NCBI RefSeq assembly: GCF_022539665.2
Contig: NC_081334.1
Location: forward strand, 1,550,001-1,614,000
Direction: 5' to 3'
DNA: 64,000 bases
Source of the DNA: Daphnia carinata
Taxonomy: Eukaryota
The translations under genes and the position numbers were made by a program. This document shows positions 11,735 to 26,568 of the stretch, one piece after another. Position 1 is the stretch's first letter. Each line of letters begins with the position of its first letter. The notes beneath the pieces were generated by a model. That model saw nothing but the letters and a program-made list of their open reading frames with translations. It was not told where the DNA came from and searched no databases.

Positions 11735-14675
11735 TCAGACCCACGAATCTCCGGCTCCCTGCCCATGCGGGTCCATGTTGAGGCGCGACAGAGAGGGTGC
11801 CTCGTCGTATGTTCCGGTCAAACCCACATCCTGACCGGAACCGCCTTCATACTGTCGACTTCTTTTTTTGTCTCGATTCACTTGGGCGTACACAGGCTCG
11901 CCGGGTTTCTATTTATCCCAAAGACAAACAAGTCCGAAAAAAACAAAAGGGTTAGAAAATAACAATACTCTTTCATATTTTATGAAAACAAAGAATTTAC
12001 GGTTCCAGGTGGGAATATTCGCACGCCTCCGGCGGGTGGGGCGTGTGTTGATCCTTCTGCGTACTGCATATCAGCCAATGGGACATCGTCCGCCTTCATA
12101 AAACAACACAACAAAACGAAATTTGTAATGAAAGTTGCGGGACTGTAATAAATAAATAAATTTCTATTTTACCCGGTAAGTCTGCTGTCTATTCGCTTGG
12201 CCATTATTGTTCGCATTGGCGAAACCAGAAGCATTGCCGGACCGTTGAAGCGATAGAGTCTTGTCCTCGTAGCGGGTGCCTCCCTGACTGGACATCGGCC
12301 TGTTCAACGTCGAGTTGGCGGCCGAATGACTAGGAGACGAGGCGCCGCCTCCGCCCGACATCCCTCCTCCCGCTCCACCACCACTGCTTCCACTGCCGGA
12401 CACTGTACTGCTCCGGCTCACAAAATCTGACTCCTATCGTTTCACAATCAAGAAATAATTTTTTTTTTTAAATCCAAAATCAATGCGGAATGCAATTAAA
12501 TAAAAAGCCAAACCTTCCAGCCGGATTTCTTGTAAGCGTCTCGCAGTTCCTGATGCGTCCATAACGCGGCCAAGACCTGAGAGGCGAACTTGACCACCCG
12601 CGACGAGTAGCGCTGCTTCTGTCGTGTGATGGACACCAGCCGGTCGACGCCGCCTTCATCCAATAGAGAGCGGGCAAATTCGGCATTCTTCTTGATGACT
12701 TCGTTGAGAGTGGCCAGAACGGCGGCGATGGTTTCATCAGAAGCGCCGCCAAGATCGTGTTGTTGCTGGATTCCCTGTTGGTTTTTGGCATTCGCCGGTG
12801 GAGGTGTCGAAGAAGGCAGCTTCTGGACTAAGTCTCGCATGGCGTATTTACCTTCAGAAAAACAAAAGAAAAACGCCAATAAATATTTAGTGTGGCCCCA
12901 ATTAAGAAAAATGAAACTCTTCAGGTCAGCTACCGATAAGCTCCTTGTTGCGTTGATCTAGGGCCAAATTGCGCAAAGCTGTGGCCACGGCGCAGACGAC
13001 GCGATCGACTTCCATCCGCAGCAGCTCCACCAGAACGGGCAATCCTTTCTCTTTGCGGACGGCGGCTCGAATGTCGATCGATGGTTGCCAATAACAAGCT
13101 GCCAGATTTTGAATGGCACCAGCGGCTGCCTCCAACGTCTCCGGATTGGAACAGTTGGACAGCAAGGCCAAGTAAGGCTGCACGATGTCCGGCTGCCAGA
13201 GAAGTTCCATGCCTTTCGGTGGGTCGGATCGCTGCGGTAAATTTCCGCTCGATCCGCTATTAGCTGCCGCATTGGCGCCACTGTTTGTCGACGGCGATGA
13301 AGGTGAAGGCAGTAAAGTCCCACTCGCTCCGCTACCATCTTTCTTCTTCCGGCTGGCTCCGAAACAGCCTTGGTTCTCCCCTGTTTCACGAGATATTATT
13401 AATTTAAAATCAAATAATGAACATTGCGAAACAGGAAGAAGGGGAGGTAGGAATTTAAAAACCCTTGAATTTTACCAGAGTGTTGAGCCGTGGCTCTGGT
13501 TTGCCCTCCGCTACCTCCCGCTCCCGAACTGGGCGGCTGCTTGTCATAATTGGGATTAACCACCTCCTCGCAACGATAGGAAAGGTTGCGCAGGACACAA
13601 ATGACATTCTCCACACTCTTGTTATCCATGTGGTTCTGGTCGATGGCGCCTCGTACTAGATACAATAGGGCCTCCACTACCCCATCCTTTAGACGGAGTG
13701 CCTGACGAGCTTCGATTCCCGCAGAGCTGACATTCCTGCCAATCGATGAGAGAAAACGGGTTAGATGAAAACAGACACACACCGCAATGAAGCCAGCAAC
13801 GAAATTCAAAGAATTTCGATACAACCTTAGGATGCCGGAGCCGTTCCGCAAGAGAGGCGTCCAGTGGGTGGGACCCGGCTTTTTGCGGTCCCATCCCGAA
13901 TGGGGAATGATTACTTGAGCCACCAGAACAGATAGCGCCTCGTCCAGAATGATTCGCTTCAGTTCCTGTTACATTACGAATTTCGGACAATGCATTAAAA
14001 ATAACTGAACTTTCTACATAGCCTTCATGATGATGGCTTACCTCGCAAGAAGAGAGATTCCACAACACTCCCGTCACGAGCTCTTGGACGTCGGAATCGG
14101 GCCTCCTTGTGAGTAGCCGGACCAAGGCTGGTATACCGCCAGCTTTATGCAACGCTCTTTTGTTTTCGTCATTTTGCCGTCCGTATGAAAGATTTCTGGG
14201 GAAAATATTTGCAGGTGTTAGAACGCGTGAGTGACAAAGTACGTGATGATTGAGTTACCTGAGCGCTCCGCAAGCGTTGCGGTGAACGTCGGGCTGCTCT
14301 GACGAGATGAGGCCGACGAGGAGTGGGATGCCACCCAAGAGCCTCGTCTGTTGCTTAACCGGGTCACTGTTGTAGCAGAGATGCTGCAGGTAAGCGGCCG
14401 CGTTCGCCTTCACCACGGCGTTGGGGTTGTTGAGGAAGGCGATGACTTCGTGCAAGTCCGGATCGCGCCATCGTACACCTGTGAATTAATTTAGTATTAA
14501 TTTAAATGAAAATATAGAGAAAACTAAAATTTAATTGACTTCAAATTTCAATTAATTTGTCCTGGAAACTACGCTAATTCAAAGCTTACAACATTGCCGA
14601 TAGTAAACAAGCAAATAAACTAAACAAACAAAAATGAACAGTAACTAGCAAACGATAATAGAACGGAGTAGGAAA

Positions 14676-14718
<43 letters not shown>

Positions 14719-17700
14719 AGTTGAACCGACCACTTTTATCGAGTCCGATATTGAGACTGGCCATTGCTTCAGCCGGCACGGGTGGTGGTGGGCGAGGTTG
14801 ATAGGTGCCCTCGACGCCACCCGATCGGGATGGCGGAGGAGGAGCCAGCCTCCGCGTCGGACTGTGACCAGCCGAATTCATGCCAAAGTCTTGTTGTTGT
14901 TGCTGTTGATACTGCATCTGTTGGTCATCTTGATCGTCTTGATGTGAACGGTATCCGGAACCGGAGCCAGGGCCGGCCGTTGAGCCCGGATCCAAACCGT
15001 TGACATTGGCATAAGCGGCTCGACCGTAGGGAGAATGAGCTGCTACAATCACAAAGCATGCAAGCCAAACGCATCAAAACAAAACAAAAAAATGCAAACA
15101 CAAACTAAAATATAAACGCAAGCAAACATGCAATCAACGAAAGCCTAAACGAGTTCTAAAAATGGCAACGATGGACTTGGTCAAGAACGCAGCGGCCGGA
15201 TGACAACACACGTTACCCCGATGACGTATTTTTAATGACCACTTGATATGCACGCTACACTTTAAAGGCCTCAAACGAGAGTCAACAAGCAGAACGAACG
15301 GCCATCTCGAATCCCAACGGTCAGAAATTCTCTGCCGGTAGAAAAAAAAAGAGATACGAGGTGACAATAAATTTATTTCTTTTGAAATTTTTTGTCGTTT
15401 CGTTTTGCATGTTGCTTACTATGTCATCGCACGTACACGTCAAACTAGTAGTGAGGTAAAGAGAGACCTGTAGGACGTGTTACCGCGTTTGGCCAACCGA
15501 GACCAATAACAAAAACATGCTCTCTCTCGTCTTTTTCTTTCTTATTTGCTTTTATGAAATTGGGAAAACTAGCGGGTACAAAAGTGTCGAACTATTATTA
15601 CCGTAACGATCTGGCGGAATGGCGTTGTCCATTTCGGCATACCCTGACGGTGGATAAGGTAGGCCTTGCCTCGAATAATCTACACAAACACACAATCCAA
15701 ATCGAGAATTATTCCACAGATGAAATTTAAAAAAAAAAACAATGAAATCCTGATAAGTGAAAACGAAAAAAAGAGAAAAAATTCGCACAAAGCGGATGGC
15801 ACGGCGGAAGGTAGTGTTGGTATCCATCGTCACCCCATCCCAATTCGATGTAAACATGCGATTTAAACATGGCCGAATAGCTGAAAATCAAACAGATCCG
15901 GCCATACACCGGCACTGTACTGAGGTAGTGTCGTTTCCTCTCTCCTTTCCCCTCTCTCTCTCTCGCATACTCTTGGCCGCTTTACACACTAGTTGCATTC
16001 ACGGATGGTGGGGAAATGAGAGAAAAGACGGACTGATATTCAGCGTTGGGTGCGGATGCTTTAAAAATAGCGTGTCCGCACCAGCACTGCCAGCCACACC
16101 GAGCTACTATTCACAAACCCACGCAGCAGGCCCGCCTTTTCACCCATGCCCTCCCTGTCTATCTCTCTCTTGTCGCCCAATCTCTAAGAGTCGCTCAACA
16201 TTTTTCACTACGATGTATCGGGGAATAAATCACACATCTTTTCCTTCTTTCTCCGTGTCCATTGCGCACCCTAAACAAAAGTTTACCCCGACGTACGGTA
16301 AAGATCTTTGTACATTAGGCTCTCTGCTGTACAAAACAAGAAGTCACTGATGGACGACGTAATCACCTCCCTTTAGAAACAAGGCACATGCCAAAGATTG
16401 ACCCAATGGAAATGGGCAACCCTCCAACATCAGGCCGCTCAGATGCCAAAGGAATTGGGAAAGATATTTACACCGCAGTTTGCAATCGCAGTAGGTCTAC
16501 GTCCACACCAAAGGTGGGTGCTAAACAGCACGGACGTAGGCCGGAAATTGAGAAAATGGTATAGGCGCAATAACTAACCTCGGGAATGATGCGGCAGTGG
16601 CGACTCGGATTGTTCGCTGGGGGATGGCGGAGTAGGCGGCCGGTCGCCATAAATAGGTACACCGCCAGCCAGAGTGCCCGCATTGCTAGGATCCATGTCG
16701 GGATAGTCGCGGTAGAGTCCGGGTGGTTGGGCCGTTTGATAGGCGTAGTCCGGAGGCGGGCCGACGACAACGCCACCAGGTCCGCCACGCGGCCCGGCTA
16801 AATGTGGATACGGCTCGTAGTCGGCGTAGTTGGCCGTCCGTCCGTAGCCAGCCGGGCTGTGTGTGCGGTAGTCGGCTCCTTCGGCGATGTGTTCGTAGTT
16901 GGCGAATCGCTGCGGTTGCCCAACAACTGGAATGCCACTCGAGGAGGACCCGTTACGTCCGTAAGTGCCCGTCGAATGTGGCTGGCCCGTATATTCGCCG
17001 TAAGGATTGTAGGGATCGACCAGAATTGGTTGGCCGTCTGGCCCAATATGCTGCACCTCGCGGACTAACTGCGTCACCGTCGTCACCTATAGTGCAAGTC
17101 AAAATGGTTACAAATTATCAAGCACTGCCCATCATTCTTATCACGCACAAACACATGATTTTGAAGACGGATGTAGGTGCATGGGTCGGGGTAATCTGCA
17201 AAGATAATCAAGGAACAAACTAGGGGGATTTACAGAGTTATCTAGCTCTGTCATTTTTGGACGGTCCGATGACACAACCAACTGAGAACATCTGACATTA
17301 AAGTTTCAAAACGCTCTCGGCGGTGCGTAAAACACATTTTTTTTTGGGTGGTTTTTCGCCTTATTGTTTGCATGATTCAATTCCATAGCGCGGCTGTTAA
17401 GTGCCGTCGTAAAATGTCCGCCAACCACTCCTTTTTCATCATTTTTTTTTTTTACACGTGGGTTTGTTTGACGGTGGCACAGAAATCCGCCGCGCGTGTT
17501 TCAATGTTTTGTTGACTGGCACCCCAAATAATATACGCTAATAGCAAGGAACTAAACAATACTATGATATATCTCGTTATCTCTCGTTCGAATCTGCTAC
17601 AAAGTTCATTTCTAATTACATCATTTTCTCTATCCCACCCTCAAATTTGTTTGAAGAAATACTCGGCCACAAAATTGCGCAAAGTGCATAGAACTATCCA

Positions 17701-19603
17701 AACACAACCAATTTCGCAGTTATTTTACGTTATCCACATATTCTTTTTCAAAATAAAACATTTTCGCCCCCCCCCCCTACGAAAAAAAAAAAAATGAAAT
17801 AGCAGTCACACCATAAAGAGATCTGCTATTTTTAAACGAAATAAATACGTACTTGCTGTGTGGTGAGCTGCTGTTTGGTACGCGAAACTAAGGTGGCGTT
17901 GGCCGGAATTCCCGGAGACGATGTTGGCGCATCCACGTGACCGCCACCGGCCAGTCCGCCATTGCTGCTGGCGTACGTCGTATGTCCGTACGTCCCCGTA
18001 GGATCGGTTCCCAATCTGTTTCAACAAGAAATGATTTTAATCGAAATCGATAGCAATGTCAAACAAAAAACTTCATCAGCCGGAGAACATACAGAGCCGC
18101 TTCGTTTATCGATTCAGATACAAGGGACGGGGGGGCGCCCCGGTTCCACGTCCAAAATAGGCCCGTCCCTTGTATCCGCTGTTTGCTTCCGTGATTATTA
18201 ATCAATCTCGCTTCTTTCAAGTAATTCGTGACGATAACACAATCCTTGCATTTCATCTCGTTCGAAAGAACCCGAGCTCCCCTTTCAATAACCAATCGAA
18301 CTTCCAGAAATCGGATTCCGACTTCGCTCCGAGCCTTAAAGTAAACTTAAGATTACACAGAACAACAAGTAGGGAGAGATTATACTTTACAACTACGTTA
18401 AGCATAACAATTTTTCGAATAAGACCTGGGGAAAATTTCGTAAGAATAAATAAAAAGACTCTACATATCAAGACCCAGAGAATGCCTTTGCGCATAGGGG
18501 CCTTAAATCTAATAATAAACATCTCCGTACTGCAGCATCAACGTGCTCGGATGATTGAACCCAAGCGTGCTGATTTAAAATGGTACAACGAAGAAGAAGA
18601 AAGGAGTAAAAGCTGAAACCACTGGCTGCCATGACAACCTTTGAACTTACGTGTACTGAGGCATGACGTTGGCGTTTCCTTGGTTACCGTCGGCAGGATA
18701 GTATACTCGCCTGTATTGACAATCAATAACAAGAAAAGAATAAATAAATAAAAGCATGAACAAAATTGTAAATATATTGAACGTTGCGTAGACATTAAAC
18801 ACAGACAGTCGTCGTGGCTCTCTATTCATCTTGCGCTCAGTTCAAATGCTCACATAGTTGAGCATTTTCGCTGGCTAAGCGCATGTTTCTCTCTGTAACA
18901 TGCAACGCTCATAAGCCATTCGCAGGAGTGGCAGTAAGGGTTTTCAATGACTCGTGTGTTATTCGATCAGAATACCAGCAGGAAATCCGATCACACTTCT
19001 TTTTCCACTGGTAAGCATTTATTTTTGGAATTACAAAATTTATGTTTCTTTTTCTTGTTCAGTTTATTAGAACTGATAGGACGAGGAAAGAGGGACCGAG
19101 AAACCCAAACAAGAAAAGCCGAATGAATAAGGTCCACCCATGCAAACGATGAAGGGTAAAGGAATATATATATACCGTGTAAAGGTTTCCGTCTTGGAAT
19201 GGGTGCGCTCTTCGTGACTGGACTCCACTTGGCGTTCAACAAAACTATAAAAGTGCGATGCAGCAAACCCAAAGTGATGTGTGTTTTTTTTTTTTTAATG
19301 CACCGATACAGATCGCGCACACATAGAGAAACAACACCGGCAGTCGAGTCCAAGCAGGGGGTAAAGCAGAAGCCCATTAAAGGTTTGTTTTAAAACGTGT
19401 ACAGCCGATTACGAGATATAGAATAAGATTGAAAAAAAAAAATGAAATAAAAATGCAGTTAGTAGGGTTTGGGGAAAATAAATCCAGAAGACAAACAAGA
19501 TCATCCGTAGCAACGGTACATCAATCTTGTTGCTCCGGTTTAAAAAAAAAATGGAAACGTACAGGAAGGATTCGTTGGTCGAGGATGGCTGCGTCGACGT
19601 CAT
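11735..19603 (-). CDS. p120ctn: delta-catenin / p120-catenin family armadillo protein, multi-exon
   Basis: [67 protein letters not shown] and C-terminal PDZ-binding DSWV* (stop 11735-11737). The start at 19603 (MTSTQPSS) is inferred from splice phases. Confidence 0.9.
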
Positions 19604-22600
19604 AGTGTCCAATCGTTTAAGGGCTTATAAAGATGTCACTTTTTTTGTTTGTTTACCAACCCGTAGTAGTCATAAAGTCTGCCACAAGGACTAACATTAA
19701 ACCTAAGGTAAAAAGGTTTCTTTTTTTTTTTAGTTGTAAGCAAACAATGCATGCGATACGAAATAAATACACCAGTTCGGAGCGAGTAATGGACGTTAGA
19801 ACGGGCAAGTGGATTTATTGGGGACGAGACTAGATGGACGGGGAGAGTTCAAATTTGCTTCCACGTATGGACGAGAATAGGGGCATAGTCACGCTAGTGT
19901 CGCATTCGAGGGTTGGAACGCCCTCAACGAGACATTCGAAACCATTGGGGGCCCTCATTCGAGGGGCTGGTGGTACCGTCGATAACAACGGATCAACGGT
20001 AGACAGGCGTATGAGGAACATGGCGACAGATTGTCTCCGCACAGGAAGCGAAACAACACACGTCCCCAACTAACAAACTCACGGTCAGCTATTCACGACG
20101 GCGTTTCGATACGCTGTTCGATTTGATCGTCTGATTATTCCGGTCAAGCGGGAATGAGGCGAGAAAAGCGCGATAAAAAAAACGGGAATATTGCTTTTTC
20201 TTTTCGCTCCTCTGTAGAAAGAGCAACAACAAGAAAAGAATGGGGAGGCCCTGACGCACTAAAGGGACCGACTCGCTGACTCATTTTCCCCTCCCTTGTC
20301 TGTTTGTTGGACCGATTCCTTCTATCCGCTCTGTCCACATAAAACGAAAAGAAAAAGGGGGGGGAAGGCCTCACTAAGTTCCGTCCAGCTGTGCGACTGG
20401 AGTTGGAGAGAGATAGAAGAAGATGGTGAGAACGGGAGAGAGAAGAAAAAAAAAGATCCATACGTTACGGCTCTATCTCGTTGCGAATAATGAGATGAAG
20501 GGTCGAAGAGAAAAAAAAAAAAGCGGTACATATCCATCCATCTTTGTATCGATCAACTTCTCGAACACAGAGAAAAAGGGGTGGTCACGCGGGAGCCAAA
20601 TACGCGGTGGGTAATGAGTCAACTTGGAGGCATTCGGCAATTTTACAACCCTCCCTTACAAACCCATTTCTTTCATCCTATTCCTTTCTAATATGTTTGG
20701 AGTTGAGTGTTGGGCAGCAGAGAGGGGTGATTTTGTCACGTTCGGGACGTAAAACGTACTACACTGTTACAGCTGAGTTGTTAAAAAGGAATGCAAACAC
20801 AGAGATCGAGTGAGAAAAGAAGGGGTCGTGCAACACCTGGTCCATAAATGAGGCAGGCCATTTCTCTCGAATGTCGTCGCGAATCAGATTGCCTGCAACC
20901 GATGCCATATGGTGCCAATAAAGAAGGATGAACTATCAGGCAAAATAGCCCGTTTGCAAATGGCAAAGTAATCCACAAGAGACTCGGTTGCGAATACAGA
21001 CGACGGGTAACGAAATTCTAAGTAACTGCGTGAAGGATCGGACATTGTGCATAGTGTGCTTTTTCTTCTGCATAAAAGGGAAAATGAAAAGGCCCGATGT
21101 GAGTGCATTTAACAATGTTTAACTGTAAGCCAATCAACCACACAAGTATCTACATGTGTACAGATCTGGCATGCCAACTGTCTTCCTGTGGACACCTTTA
21201 TTAACACACATGCCAGTTTATATGCACTTCTACGATACACAGGAATAGGGAAGAACGGGAAAGGCAACGTTCTATAATGTTTTATTGATCTGTTTCCGAG
21301 CATTCGCCCCTCACCTATTTTTCTGCCTCCCTCTCTCCCCCCACATCCATCACCTTCTACATAGCAAATTTCATCTGCAAAAATCTATATGATGAAATAG
21401 ATGGGAATTAAATATACTTTTTTCAGTTTGACTGCAGAACGCTGTTAAAAAAAAAAAACATTTCACCCAGCTTGCCCCAGGTGAAATAAAAACTGAACTA
21501 TTTTGCAAACGGCTGGACAAGAAAGGAAACCAAAGATTTGGGAAAAAAATTAATTGTTTAAAAGGGCAAACGTTGACATTGGTTAGAAGGAAACCACGAA
21601 ACTATTACAGGAATAGTGTCTATCGAAAATGTGGTTAGTAAGTCACCAATTGGAGGATTATTGATAATGCAGTTATTTTACATAGAAATGTAAAGATGAT
21701 GGCTTACTTGGGTCCCTAGTATTGGCATTAGATCTGGATTTGATCCCCCATTCCAGCCAAGAAGGCTGTTGTTGGTTTTGCTCGGGGAGTCTTGCAATTA
21801 TCCGTGTTTACCATCCAGAAATGGAAGGGATATGAGTATGAGATGGCAGGAATAAGCCGACACTGTCAATCACCACTTGTTACACAAAGATGTTTGAAAT
21901 ACCGGTGAAACCTGCAAAATAATAATATCCAACAGAACCGTGACCTCGCCCAGCTTGTGTGGATACTGTAACTTGGCTGTACACACGGCGATACGGCGGG
22001 AAACATACGAGGTTTTCACAACAACTCCGCAGTCTGATGGTCCAGAGACTGCTTATAACTAATTGTCAGATAACTCAGTTAATTGTGAACAAACGAAGTC
22101 GCAGTGTCTGGTAAAACACACGTCAAAATATCAAGAAGCACAAAACCAACCCAGTGTTCATCAACTCGTTTGCTCTGGTAAAGCGCTCCTACTCCTTCCA
22201 TCGCTTGACAGCCTTGTGACGCCTTTTCGGACGGCGTTGCCACCTCTCCAAGAAACATGAATTTATTTTAGCCGTCTCGTCTACATCAGGATTCAGGATT
22301 TCAGATTACAGGTTCTCCATTCTTTACTGTGCAATAACCACATACTTTTAACTTATTAAGCCAACTAAATAATTAGGATATCGTCAGCATTATCATTCTC
22401 ATGTCAGAGGGTATGGGTTTGATTGCCAGAACTAGTACGTATGATACCTCATACCTGACTACGTCAAATAAGAGGCTCTGGTAATCGCCACCTAGTAGTC
22501 AAGAAAAGAGTTAAATAATGGAGTGACAAGCGGTTCCGCAAATCAGTCGATATTGCTCTGCGACATCCAAAACAATAACAAAGAAGTTGAAAAAAACGTT

Positions 22601-22843
22601 GACCAACTACGCTGTCAGCAGCTAACGTATGTCGTAAATCATTATGTGTTATACGTGATCAAAATTTTCTTTACAACACATAAGATATACCTTCATCTTG
22701 ATATTATCGAACGCTTTCAACGCTGAACGTAGAATTCCGTTATTACAGTTTTAATTATATATGGCTATTGAATAAGTTAGCCATTTATAACCATAGGGTT
22801 ATGAGACATACGCCATCTGACGCCTTTAAACAACGAATTAGCG

Positions 22844-24180
22844 ATGGCGTATCTTCAACGATTACGTTCATTATTGTCAGATGCTTGGCAAATATTCACC
22901 ATGAATGTGTCTTGCGATAACAAAATGAATGTTCTCAACACAGAAAGTGTTGAAGTGACCACCGCTGTTTCTGCCACAGAAGTAGCCACTTCATTGCAGC
23001 GAACTGTGTTGAAGTAACAGTTGTTTGTAAATTTTTTTCTGGAGGAAAACATTAATATTCTGCTTTATAATTCTAGACTTAAAGGAAAATATTTGTCTGA
23101 AGATGGAAAGTCTGTTCATTATGCAGAGCTAAAAAAGGATGATTTGTTTCAAGAATTTCAGTCCCAAGCAGAGCAACTTGTGCATGTGTCATTAGCAGAC
23201 CTGAATCCCATTCAAAGAAAAGCATTCTTCATAAGTAGTCTTTGTTTTTTGTTGAAAAAACTAATACCATGAGTAACACACTAACAATTTTTGTTTCCAA
23301 GATGTGTATAACACCTTAACCATACATGCACTTAGTAAGGTTGAGCCCCTCCCAAAATCCTTACTGGATATTAGCAATTTCTGGAAAAAATCAGCATACA
23401 ATATTAATGGGCTTGTGTTCAGTTTGGATGACATTGAGCATGGAGTATTACGTGGTAACACCTTTGCTCCACAGGAATTTTAATAATTTATTTGAATAGT
23501 AAATTGTCTTATTTTAACTAGCTAACACAAGGCATCCGGCTGCTCTCACTAAACCCTTTAAAGAAAATGATCCCCGCCTTCCGTTCAGCATGAAAGAACT
23601 AGACCCAAGGATACATTTTGTTCTTAACTGTGGAGGCAAGGTAAAATGAAAGAAAATTTTAATCTGAATGTTTTTCTATTAGGTTTTGACAATCATAAAA
23701 TTTTTAGTCATGCCCTGCAATCGGTGTTTACAGTGAAGCTAATCTGGAGGCTGCCTTGAGCAGCGCTACAAAAAATTTCCTTTCAGAAACAGTGCAAATT
23801 GATGGAAATATTGTTCATCTTTCGAAACTTCTCATGTGGTAAGTCTTTTTACCAGAATTGAAACACAAATGAATTAGTGATTATAGTTAATACTATCAAA
23901 AATGTAAACGAACTGCACACCCTTCGTATTTAGGTATGGCAACGATTTCGGATCCAATGACGAAGAGATCCTGAGGTTTCTTTACCTTTAATTTTTATCT
24001 TTCAAGCATTGCATAACGTGAAGTTAAGGTACGCAATATCTTAATACTTATTTCCGTGATTATAGGTGGGTAGCTCAACATTTGCCCGACATCCAAAAAA
24101 CAAGCATTATGCAACTGGTCGATTCGAAGCACGCTGAAGTAAAATTCGATGAATATAACTGGCTTATTAACGCCAGCTGA
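22844..24180 (+). CDS. DUF547-domain protein, multi-exon
   Basis: RKAFFINVYNTLTIHA, FSLDDIEHGVLR, DPRIHFVLNCGGKSCPAI, LSKLLMWYGNDFG and final YNWLINAS* are motifs typical of DUF547. The start may be 22844 or 22901. Confidence 0.85.
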
Positions 24181-24803
24181 AATCAGATTAATTATTTTAG
24201 TTGATTTATTATTTTGATTCCACTGCATTTTTATCTGGCTATACAATCTCACACGACGAACCTACATACGTTTTTTTACGATTAGACCGTCGTCGTTCGA
24301 TAGAGGATACTATAAACGATACTAAAGAATTATTAGATTACGAAAATTTATTCCGTCATGAGAGGTGACATATTTGCACTTTTTTGGAGAACATGAAAAC
24401 AGTAGGACATTATTAGTTCTATCAACATTTTTATAAATAGGAAGATTCCAATACTTTACAAGAACTGAAGATGTAAACTGAAAGAATGCACGATGTTAAG
24501 CAAATTCACTGGGTTAAAGTTTTGATCACCAAACTGAAATGGTAAAATGCATTGGTGGAGAACGACAAATCAAATTGTACACTTCTATTATGCTATTTAT
24601 AGATCAAGGGGAAAAAAGTAGTGCCAAACAGAATTAAATTATTACCTAGGGGTTGCTTGGATGCAATATGTTTTGCACTGATTATTTGTCGTACCAACAA
24701 AGGGAATCATTTCGTCTCAAAAATTGAAATACGTGTCTTAAAGAAAATTTATATAAATGACGATGCACTAGAAATTCACAACCTACCCTCAGATGAGGTA
24801 TGC

Positions 24804-26568
<1,765 letters not shown>

